Shown one piece after another: positions 32,973-43,344 of a stretch of 64,000 nt of DNA. Under the pieces are notes generated by a model. The model worked only from the letters and a program-made list of their open reading frames with translations, searched no databases and was not told where the DNA came from. This DNA comes from Amoebidium appalachense (lineage: Eukaryota > Protista > Ichthyosporea). The stretch spans positions 1,860,001-1,924,000 of the forward strand of contig CAVNZM010000005.1 in the NCBI GenBank assembly GCA_963693365.1. Direction: 5' to 3'. A program made the position numbers and the translations under genes. How positions within the stretch are numbered: position 1 is the first letter of the stretch; each line of letters begins with the position of its first letter.

Positions 32973-35900
32973 GGACCTGTGTGATCAGCCCGCAGCCCGG
33001 GCCAGATGTCGATGGGCCCGGCGGCGCCTCCGCCCAGCCTGTCGGCAGGACAGATGCGTGAGCCACGGGCCGGTCAAGCTCGGCGACCCAGCCGGGCCTG
33101 TCACATTTTCGGGAACGTTTTTTCTATTTTCAGCTTTTCTTTTGTCTCAGTTTTTTCAGTTTTTTTCTCAGCATCTTTCGAAGTGGGCGAGAAATTAGAA
33201 GAAAATGTGGCCACCCTCAGAAGAAGAGCTTGTAAAGCTGTACATGCTGTTTATAACATCAGCTGCTCAATCATGTTTGCTGTTGTTGGAAGGGTTTGTT
33301 ACGGCTCTGGTAAATGCCGGCTATAACATGGCTTTACAGAACTCTCAGGCCTTGGTTTCCATAGCTAGGGCCGCTTGGGTGTCTGAAGAGTTTGGTGGGA
33401 CTGTGGTTTTTGACGGGTTTGAGGTTCCCACACGTTTTTTAATAATGAGCGCAATGCAGGCAGAAATCACTTTACTGGGCCCCCAAAAGGGCCTCCCCCC
33501 CGGGACACTCGACGATAAAATCAGCTACATACAACAACAGACAAACAACCACACGTTTACAGTGATTTGCGAAACACAGTTTAAAAACCACCACAAATTC
33601 AACTCTACATTGGTCGACACATCCACACACCCCGGTTACGCGAAAAACCGAGGCATTATTGTACTTGCCGCACCACACGTGAGAGTGAAGTGCAAACCGG
33701 TAGCAAAAACGGAATTCTCGGTTTCTATAGAGTTTCTTTCTAATGTTTTTACTTTTGTATATTACCCACCATCTATGTCGGTTGTCGAATTGACTCACGA
33801 GTTGTCACAGTTACCAATGTCCACTGTTATTTTAGGTGATTTTAACACGCGACTCCACCACACAGACACACTGCAAGTGAGTGTCGGGTACCCATCTAAG
33901 CCCCCGGAGCGTGCTATCCCTTTAGCAAGGTATGTCCAAAGTCACACTTTGCGGTTCCCTCAAATATCCCATGCCCACAACACCGACTGGGGAGTGGCCT
34001 TTTGGCCATCAACCATGTCAAAACTCTCTCTCCCTCCTAACCTCTCTAGGTCATCTGACCACTCTCCTATCCTTTTCCTACCTAAGATCTCCCTTGATCT
34101 GCTCCCCCCTCCTCCTCCCACCTTTCGCCTCCGTCTATCCCAGCTTAAGTCACAGTGGGGTAGAGTTGATGTATGTGTATGCTATGCTACGAAACACCCT
34201 ATATATATGCGCCTATTAGAATCTGCACAAGCCAGGCCAGATTCACATCTCGTACTAGATACATGCACTAACTTTATTGTTGATGATTTGATAGATCTCG
34301 GTGATTATGCTGGCGGTGGTAGGAAGGAATATCCCGATGCTCTCTTGTTACCAAACACCACTCCCGCTAGACTAGGTGAACCCCTGTCTCAAAAGGAAAG
34401 CTTGCGCCGGCTTGCTAGTATGAATCGATTTGGCCCCCCTGCTCGTATTATTGGTGATACCACTGAAGACCCCCTCATAGACTCTGATAAGTATTTCTCG
34501 GAACTGTTTAAAGATAGGACCCCCGCTCAGAAACCTATTGTGTGGCCTGTAGACCCATCTATCCCCATAGAATCGATCCTCCCCTTTTTCAGTCCCGATG
34601 CCATATGGTCTGTGATATCTAGTTATAGCTCTAGTAAGTCTTGTGGACCTGATGGACTCCCTGCTGGGTTTCTTAAAATCCTTGTTCCCTCCTACCCACA
34701 AAAGGAAAGTGATCGTGCTATTAAACCTGATCTTACTATCATGTTAAGCTCTCTCTTTTCTTGGTGTGTTAAATGTGGACATGTCCCGTCATCTTGGTTA
34801 GATACCTTAGTGATCCCCATAGTTAAGAAGGACTCTGAGGGCCCCATATCATCCTTTCGCCCCATTACACTAACCCAGGTTGTTCGTAGATTCTTTGAAG
34901 CTTGCTTACTTAGGTTATTTGCACATCACCCTAGGTTTCAATCTATTCTTCACATACACCCATGCCAATCCGCTTTTCGTAAAAACAATTCATGTTATGT
35001 TCAAATAATGGCACTGCACGATTCTATGCAAGTTGGTGCACAATATGTTGGCTTTATTGATTGGAAAACTGCTTACGATTCTGTCTCCCCTGGTCTCCTA
35101 TGGGAAAAGCTTGCTGCACGGGGTGTACCACACTGCATTGGTGTTCTGTTAGAAGCACTCTTGTCTCAAACCTATGGTAGAGCTGTGGTTAATGGGCATC
35201 TTTCATATGGTTTTGCTCGTACTAGAGGTCTCTTGCAGGGTTCATTGCTTAGCCCCTTTTTGTTTAACCTATTTATAGATGATTTGGCTGTCAAGATTTA
35301 CGCCGAAAACGATGACCCTATTAATAACTTTCCGCCTGCACTTCTCTATGCTGATGATCTGTCCCTCCTTGCCCGTACCCCTAGACGCCTGCAAAGATTG
35401 TTCGATGTAGTGTCAGAGTGGTGCAAGGCAAACCTTATGATCCTTAACATAGACAAATGTGGTGTTCTTGTACCTGATATAGCTAACAATTTACACACAT
35501 TTACATTATCATCTAAACCTGTACCTATAGTTCCAGAATACAAATATCTTGGTGTTCCGGTTGATTCTGTTGGTGTTATGTTTCCCATATGGTCGAAAAG
35601 AGGGTAGAGTTGGCTCGTAAGCGGTTAGCTTTCTTCTCGGCTAATATTTTTAAAGACACGCCCCTCCATCCTTCTATTAGACTTACATTTATTCGCAAAA
35701 AATTTGTCTTCCCGGCATGTGAATATGGTTTACCCCTTCTCGCCGCTTGGATCAAGAAAGAGAGAACTAGAGCGCTTAAACCCCTGGCAAATTTCCTTGA
35801 AGCAGAAGTTGCCTCCTTTCTATCTAACAACTGTTGTAAACCTGGGCCTGTAACGCTCTCGATATATGGTCTGGTCCCAATAGCTGCTAGAGTATCCTAT

Positions 35901-36654
35901 CTCGCGCTGAAATTCAATAAGCACATAAGCCGCTTAAAGAAGTATTTGCCCTCCCACCCTCTCTTCTCTATCCGACCTGTCCCCTCCTCACCTCTCCCCT
36001 CTTTCCTCCCCTCTCTCTCCCCTTCTCCCCTGGGCACAAATACAACTAAACCCCGCAATAGTGTGTGTGTGACTTTGGACTGCCACTTAATTATTAAACA
36101 TGTACACAATCACAAGATAATCACGCAATATAACAAATGGAAAAAGATACCACACGACACTAGACCCGATGAAAGCATACACCTTGAAAAACTAAGCCTT
36201 ATGTCTCGTTTTATATATACTGACCGCCTCAACCATATTGCCAAATATGGCACTCGCAAGTGTATAACACCTAAATACATATTACCTTCCTGTAGAACTG
36301 GTCTTTCTCTAGCTGATGGTATTATTGATCAATTACCACGCTTTTACTGTACACGTGCTATACAGTGGAGATCTAATAAGTATAAGGTGGCATCATTTGC
36401 ATGCCCAAACAACACACACACACACCAGTTTAACCGGTCATGTATCGCCAAATGTAGTTTGATAGACCACATAATACCGCAACACACACACGTCACATTC
36501 ACAACAGACACCCAGAAAGATAGCCTACCTGTAAATTACAACATCCTTGATTTTATACTAAACACGCGTAACTACGACCTGTTTATTAGATGTATTGATT
36601 GGCTTGAGAAACACATCACTACAAAATAATAGCGCACGCGCACACACACACCCA

Positions 36655-36705
<51 letters not shown>

Positions 36706-36745
36706 ACACACAACCAGCTGACACCGAGTGTCCCGAGGGGAGCCC

Positions 36746-36781
<36 letters not shown>

Positions 36782-37283
36782 GGGGAACCCCAACCAATTG
36801 ATTTCTCCTTGTAGTCTTTATGGTGTCTCGTAGAGAAAGTAAACCCTGATATATAGTCACCACCCGACATCTATGTACGTGATCATGATATACCGCTGAG
36901 GGGATATTCCGAGCAAAACCCCCCCCCCATACCTGAGACTGGTTCTCTTTGCCTCGAGTAAACAGCGTAAACCCCATCCACTTTCCATCCATGCAAACTG
37001 ACCTCAACCGCCAGCGTCGCTGCTTTATGAAGGCTGCGTGAACTCTGCCGCCAAAAACAGCCAATCAATGTTAAGCGCGCCAAAACTTTTAGCCAATCAG
37101 CGTTAACTGGCGACGAGCCCTGACGGGATGGAAATCGACACCTCATTTTATGGCCGACAGGCTCGTCGGGGTGGCGATGGGCCCGGCCAGGTCTAATCAC
37201 ACAGATCGTTGAACTGATACGAGGAATTTGACCGCATACCAACGGCCGACGAGCCCCCGGCGGCGAGCCGATCACACAGGTCC
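32973..37283. mobile_element. 4311-bp TIR-bounded element with 3-bp ACT target-site duplication, carrying an APE-RT ORF
   Basis: Ends GGACCTGTGTGATC...GATCACACAGGTCC (14 bp perfect, ~23 bp imperfect). ACT at 32970-32972 and 37284-37286. The uninterrupted target CCCCCTAT-ACT-ATGCCG is visible in LTR copies 2 and 3. Confidence 0.9.
33205..36629 (+). CDS. Non-LTR retrotransposon ORF: APE endonuclease + reverse transcriptase + C-terminal Cys/His region, split by one frameshift near 35585
   Basis: APE motifs VICET, VYYPP, VILGDFN, SDHSP. RT motifs KSCGPDG, FRPITL, QSAFR, FIDWKTAYDSV, GLLQGSLLSPFLFNLFIDD, LLYADD, YKYLGV. The frame continues in ORF 35589-36629 (CEYG...WR...CPNNTHTHQFNRSCIAKC...YNILDFILN). 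The true start may be Met at 33445. Confidence 0.92.
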
Positions 37284-37309
37284 ACTATGCCGCTGATTAC
37301 GCTCATATA

Positions 37310-37320
37310 TGGTAGCAGAG
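37310..37320 (+). promoter_or_regulatory. Primer-binding site for initiator tRNA-Met (second copy 37542-37552)
   Basis: TGGTAGCAGAG lies immediately 3' of the LTR and is the reverse complement of CUCUGCUACCA, the animal-type tRNA-iMet 3' end. Confidence 0.85.
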
Positions 37321-38756
37321 ACAGCCCGACCGCCCTCTGATGGCCTAGCCGCTTTCCACTGCGCACTGCTATGAGCTCGGGGCGAGCTCACTCCCGCCGC
37401 CTGAGATGTATGAGTGAGATTGTCCCACAATCACACGCATATGAATTTGTACTTGGAGTCATAGGCAGAGACCAGATCCGCCGAGACCCTGCCCGAGCCT
37501 CATGGCTCCCCCTATACTATGCCGCTGATTACGCTCATATATGGTAGCAGAGACAGCCCGACCGCCCTCTGATGGCCTAGCCGCTTTCCACTGCAGCGCA
37601 CTGCTATGAGCTCGGGGCGAGCTCACTCCCGCCGCCGAGATGTATGAGTGAGATTGTCCCACAATCACACGCATATGAATTTGTACTTGGAGTCATAGGC
37701 AGAGACCAGATCCGCCGAGACCCTGCCCGAGCCTCATGGCTCCCCCTATACTATGCCGCTGATTACGCTCATATATAAAATAGCTAAAAGCGATCCGATT
37801 GGCTAAAAGTTATATCGTGTTTTCGATATCCAACGTCTACACTAACGGAAAAACATACGGTACATATTGTATACAAACTTTCATACATATATCCTATGGC
37901 ATTTTCTAATACTGGCCGCTCACAGTGGCCGCGAGGCGAGCTCGAGTGCCAGCTCCTCCTCCTCAACTACCTCATATGTTGCCTACAGATCTGCCTCTGT
38001 TCTGTAGCTAGCCAGGTCGAGCATCCTGAGTTGCTGCAATATCAGCAAGAAATAAGAGTGGGTCAAAGCTGATCGTGTTTGTTGGTGAGGCTCGAGTACT
38101 ACTGCTTGTGTCGTTAGTGCCAGCCTTTTCCTTCTCTTACCTCTCGTGATCGCACATGTCAGTTGCTTGAAGGGTTTTTTTCTCGCTCTAGCTGGCGTGT
38201 ATGCTACCACACTGGGTTTCTCGATTTTCGCAGTACCCTTGCAGGCTGCAACCTCGCTCAGCATTTGCTGCATTAGATGTCAAACTCGTGCTAGGCCCTT
38301 CCAAATTCTGAAAGGCAGTCCGCCTCACCCCCCTTCCCCCTCCCCCTCCCCTCCCCCCCTCCCCCTCCCCTCCCCCTCCACTGCATCTCTCTTCCTCTCT
38401 TGCCCCCATACTTTCTCTCCCTTTCTAACTCACTGCTCTCGTCCAGTGTCACACTCACACATACATAAACTCTCACGCTGTCCCCGCTCCCTCCTCCCTC
38501 TCCCTCCCGGGGGCTCCCTCCGTCCGTCCCCGGTCTTTCCTCTCTCCCTTCCCCCCCTCCCCCCCCCCCCCCTCCCCCCTCCCCCCTGCCCTCCGCCCCC
38601 CGTCCCTCAACCCTATCATGGATTTTATACTCCCTCCTGTTCCCCTTTTCTTTCTTTCTTCCTTCAGGCTCTCCTTCAGGCTCTGTGTCTGTCGATGCAG
38701 AAACCAGAAACCCCCCTACAAAGAACTTCCCATACTAGTCTTCGAAACAACCCCCT

Positions 38757-38787
<31 letters not shown>

Positions 38788-38880
38788 GCCCCCCGCCCCT
38801 CTCTAAAGCTTCCCCTGCCTCTCGAGAGATCTCCCTCGGCCTTTACTCTCGCTCTGTCCCACCATTCCTCCTCCGGACCA

Positions 38881-38940
<60 letters not shown>

Positions 38941-39296
38941 CTCTCTCTCTATAGCTATCTCTCTCTCTCCCTTCTCGCTCTGACCCCCTCCCTCCCTCCC
39001 TCCCTCCTTCTGGCTCTCCCCCTCCCGTCCTCCCGAGCACGGCTGCCCCCCTCTCTCTTCTCTCTCCTCCGCTTTCTGTCTCTCTATCTCCCTCCTCCTA
39101 AGCCTCTTCCCTCCCTCCCCCCCCCCCCCCCCCCCCAGGCCCTGTGTTTGTTGACGCACGCAACCCCCATACAAAGAAGCTCGTCTCGAAGTTCCCTCCC
39201 CACCACCCCCCCTCTCCCCCTGCCTCCCTCCCTCCCTCCCCCCCGCCCTTTTCCTCACACACGCACACTCTCGCCGACTCTCTCTCTCTCTCTCTT

Positions 39297-39369
<73 letters not shown>

Positions 39370-39425
39370 TCTCTCTTTTCCTCTCTGTCTCTCTCGCTCT
39401 CGCTCCCCCCCCCCCCCCCCTCTCT

Positions 39426-39458
<33 letters not shown>

Positions 39459-40548
39459 CTTTATTTGGCACAGACGGCCCAGTGTTGCTGTTGTTTTGGA
39501 CTGGCGCATAAGTCTTCAGCTGGGCCCCATGAAGGGGCTTGGGTTCCATCCTGAAGTTTCGCAAGGATCAGTGTTCACATTGTTTGGTATATTATTTTCA
39601 AAGGCCGCTTTAGAGGTGCGTGTTTACCTTAGTTACAGCATATAATGATGTAAGTTCAGAGTCTTCACACAGAGACGGGCCCAAGTAAGAAATTCGCACA
39701 CACGTTCAGAATCAAGCTGGCTGTCTTCCCTTTCAGTGTGCCTCATCTACGGTCGGGTGTGTATAAAATTATTGTGTTTGCGCCTATTTTTTTGTTGTTC
39801 TTTAAAACAAGCACGCGTAGGTGAGTAGTAGTAAAGTGAAAGCTTTGAAGTGAGTGACCCGGCACTGCTCGTATTCAGGCATGTTTATGGGAGGCGCCAG
39901 TATGTAATTACACGATCTTCGCCCACGCCCACGGCTAAGTTTCTAGATGGCCGTGTCCACGCCTGAGCATTCTAATTATTGTAATCTTGAAAGGGGCTCA
40001 CGAGTGACTTTCAGGACCATGGCCGTCAGTGTGTTCAGAGCAAGGCCTCCTAAATAGGTGTGCTATTTAGGATGCCTTGGTTCAGAGGGCCGTGATTTTG
40101 ACCAAGGACATACAACAATAACTGTAAATTTTCTCTTGACTGGGATTTATTGATCAGTAAATTCAAAAAAAAAAACCAGGACCGGCGCCTGGCCATGGCA
40201 AAAGTCGTAGGAGTATCATACAGGCCGGAATCTGGGAGAAGTTCACAAAAATCTATTCTTGGTATGCTTTTTTTAGTAACATCCACAATCATCATACAAA
40301 CACGTGTGGACACCGTTTCCTAACCGTCAGTTCAACGTGTCGCGGGAAAACATGCACTTGTGGAAAAAGGCGAACCGATTGTACTAGGTCAGCACACAGT
40401 AATGCTGCGGTCGGTGCTACGCTTTCCCACACGCACTAGTTTTTTACACGTTAAAACCTACCACCACCACGGGCAGCCTTGCGAGAGAGCCCCGCTCTAT
40501 AGAACCTCTCATCAACCTCGCACAAACTTACACTATTCAACCTTGACG

Positions 40549-41175
40549 ATGGCGCAAACTTCTCTCTGGGATCTTAAGGGCGGCGACCTTTTGTCGCAAA
40601 CAGCAAGCACAAACCCTACACCCGGTGGTGGCAGTGTAGCCACTATGAGTGGGTCTCTTGGCATGGGCCTTGTGATTATGGCCCTGGAAGTGAGCAGCAA
40701 GAGGAAGGACGCAACAGACACACAACATGAACAACTCAAGGCCGCACGCGCCCAGCTCGAAAAAATTCGCCCGCTGGCAGACGAAGATGTGGCAGCTTTT
40801 GACGCCTATATGGCTGCTATGAAACTTCCCAAAGGAACACCAGAGGAGCAGGATGCACGCCAAAAAGCAATGCAGGAGGCTGCTCTCAAAGCAACCGAAA
40901 CACCGCTGAAAGCAGCGCGCGAGCTGTTAAAGGGACTCGAAATATCCGTTGATGCCGCTACATCTTCACACAGGAACATCGTGTCTGACGTTGGTGCTGG
41001 TGCATTTCTGCTTGAGTCGGCTGTGCACGCAACACTGTTGAATGTGGATATCAACTTGGGTAGTTTGAACGAAACCACGCGGGGGGAGATGAGGGAGCAA
41101 AGGAAAGAGCTTGCAGAGAAGGCAAAAGAATTAGGGCTAAAGGCCACCGGAAAGGTGGCAGAACGTTTGCAGTGA
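40549..41175 (+). CDS. Stand-alone formiminotetrahydrofolate cyclodeaminase (FTCD_C / cyclodeaminase-cyclohydrolase family), 208 aa, intronless
   Basis: ASTNPTPGGGSVA...GMGLVIMA, DEDVAAFDAYMAAMKLPK, ETPL, SDVGAGA and NVDINL motifs. ATG at 40549 is in frame with ORF 40360-41175. Confidence 0.92.
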   Translation: MAQTSLWDLKGGDLLSQTASTNPTPGGGSVATMSGSLGMGLVIMALEVSSKRKDATDTQHEQLKAARAQLEKIRPLADEDVAAFDAYMAAMKLPKGTPEEQDARQKAMQEAALKATETPLKAARELLKGLEISVDAATSSHRNIVSDVGAGAFLLESAVHATLLNVDINLGSLNETTRGEMREQRKELAEKAKELGLKATGKVAERLQ

Positions 41176-41498
41176 GCTTGTGGTAGATGTTAACTCTATA
41201 AAAGGACACAGGAGCCGAGCAAGTGGAAAGCAGTGTAGAGTAGAGTGCAATGTGTCTATGAACGGTTTACTGTGTCTTGTGTAACAGTGCGATCACAAGT
41301 TGAACCATAAATTTGCATAAACGTGACAACAATCAAGTGTGCAGCTGTTTTCGCACATACACGTACCAAAATCTATTCTCGCTCCCTCCCCCCTCCCCCC
41401 TCCCCCCACCTCCCTCCCCTCTCTCTTGCTCTCTTTCTCTCTTCCCGTCCTCTCTCTATCTTTCTCTCTCTTTCTCCGCCCCACCTCCCACCTCTCTT

Positions 41499-41584
<86 letters not shown>

Positions 41585-42702
41585 CCTTCCCCCTCTCACT
41601 CTCTTTCTCGCTCTCTCGCTCTCTTCCTCTCCCCCCCCTCCCCCCTCTCCTTTCGCTGTCGGTGCCTTCTTGTTTTTATTCGAGGCATCCCATTTCCCTG
41701 CCGTTTATTCTCTCCTCCTATTCTTCTTCGATCCGTGTCTCCCCCCCCCCCCCCCCCCCCCCCCCCAAAGCAAACAGAAACTACCCTACCAACACCACCA
41801 CAGCAACAATTTTGCACCGCCACCACAGCTATTTATCATTCGTACTTACACCCGAAGTGAATATTGTCATCTATCGTCACCTGTGCCTACCCGGCACTAC
41901 TGAGCGCTCTATTCCCTTTTCGCCACCCTGTTGATTAGGCACACAACGATTCAGTCCAGCTCGTTCACAGATATGATCCCCTTTGTTAGACAGCACAGCA
42001 ATGATCAACCCCCCCCCCCCCCGCCCCCCCCCTCCTGCCAAGAAAAAATCCCCTCACCAACCCTCCCTCCCCTTAATTGCTCCCGCCCTGCTGTTCAGGC
42101 CACTGCTCCGAAGCTCGCCTCGACCGGCTCATAAAATGCTCTCTTTCTTATCCCTCTTCCCTTCCTCCAGGCCTGCCTCCCCTCCTTCCTCATCTCTTTC
42201 TCTTTCCCTCCCTCTGCCCTTCCCTCTCTCTCTCTCTCTCTCTTTCCTCCCCCCCCCCCCCCCCCCCCCCCCCCCAAAAAAGTCTTCTCTCTCTCGCTCT
42301 GCCCTCCCTCCCTCCCTCTCTCTCCTAGATCCTCGCCCCCCACGTATCTCCCTCTCCCTTTCCTTCCCTCTGTCTCTCTCTCTCTCTCCCCCCCCCCCCC
42401 TCTCTGTCCCCGAGACTCTCTCTCTCCCCCCCCCCACCCCCCCACCTCTCCCCCCCCCCCCCCCCCCGAAACACACACACAGACATTCTCTCTCTCTCTC
42501 TCTCCCCCCTCCCTTTTCTCTCTCAATCTCTTACTCTCTTTCTCTCCCTTTCTCTCTCTCTCGTACTCTCCCTCTGTTTTCGCTCTCGATCACGGTGTGC
42601 ATGGGTGTGGGTGTGGGTGTGTGTGCGTGTACACGTGCGTGTGTGGGTGTGTGCGTGCGTGTGCGTGTGTGCGTGCGTGTGTGCATGAGTACGTGCGTGC
42701 AC

Positions 42703-42775
<73 letters not shown>

Positions 42776-42878
42776 GATGATCAATGGACAAAAATGTTCG
42801 CTGAGACGGGCACACGTGAACTTCTTGCCAACCGGCACAAATTATTATTATTATTAACTCGGAGGATCTGGCGCCTTC

Positions 42879-42925
<47 letters not shown>

Positions 42926-43252
42926 CTCTCCCTTTCCTGGCACCACAAAGACAACAGTCCTATCGATGATATCCCTCGAGACATACGCACGGTTCTAAAG
43001 ACTTTCTCGTGACCTTCTCGTGACCTGCACTTCAAGTTTTTGAAGAAGCCTAACATGGACACAGCTAGCTACCACGGGTTCTTGTTGGGAGAGAGTGGGG
43101 AGAAGAACGCTGAGCAAAATACACGGGAACAGTCCGTCAGTACCTTCAGCTGCCGTTCCCACTGTACAAGGGTGGTATTATAGGTGGGCGGTATTATAGG
43201 TGTCAGTGAAAAAAACTAGCCCTCACCTTCGGCCTCTGCGCGCACACGCATG

Positions 43253-43344
<92 letters not shown>

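Larger units (their letters stand above)
32861..37775 (+). mobile_element. Tandem-array TRIM (miniature non-autonomous LTR retrotransposon): LTR-int-LTR-int-LTR, first LTR interrupted
   Basis: Three 135-bp LTRs TGTATGAG...CTCATATA: 32861-32972 + 37287-37309, 37407-37541, 37641-37775. Internal segments 37310-37406 and 37542-37640 each start with TGGTAGCAGAG, the complement of the tRNA-iMet 3' end. TAAA flanks both sides (32857-32860, 37776-37779). Confidence 0.85.

Noticed and set aside
37407-37541. snRNA or spliced-leader RNA gene (AATTTGT Sm-like site)
   Set aside because: No other recognisable snRNA/SL features; the sequence behaves as an LTR.
37310-37640. Hammerhead ribozyme / retrozyme in the 232-234-bp repeat
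   Set aside because: CTGATGG is present, but there is no CTGATGA...GAAA core on either strand. PBS, LTR and TSD features fit a TRIM better.
37900-38310. Transposase remnant right of the TRIM
   Set aside because: Splice-like signals exist on the minus strand, but all frames are interrupted and no DDE motif could be identified.
38146-39645. 499-aa ORF and the many poly-Pro/Gly, HT, VC, ER and LS ORFs across the window
   Set aside because: These are stop-free translations of microsatellites and homopolymers with no protein-like content.
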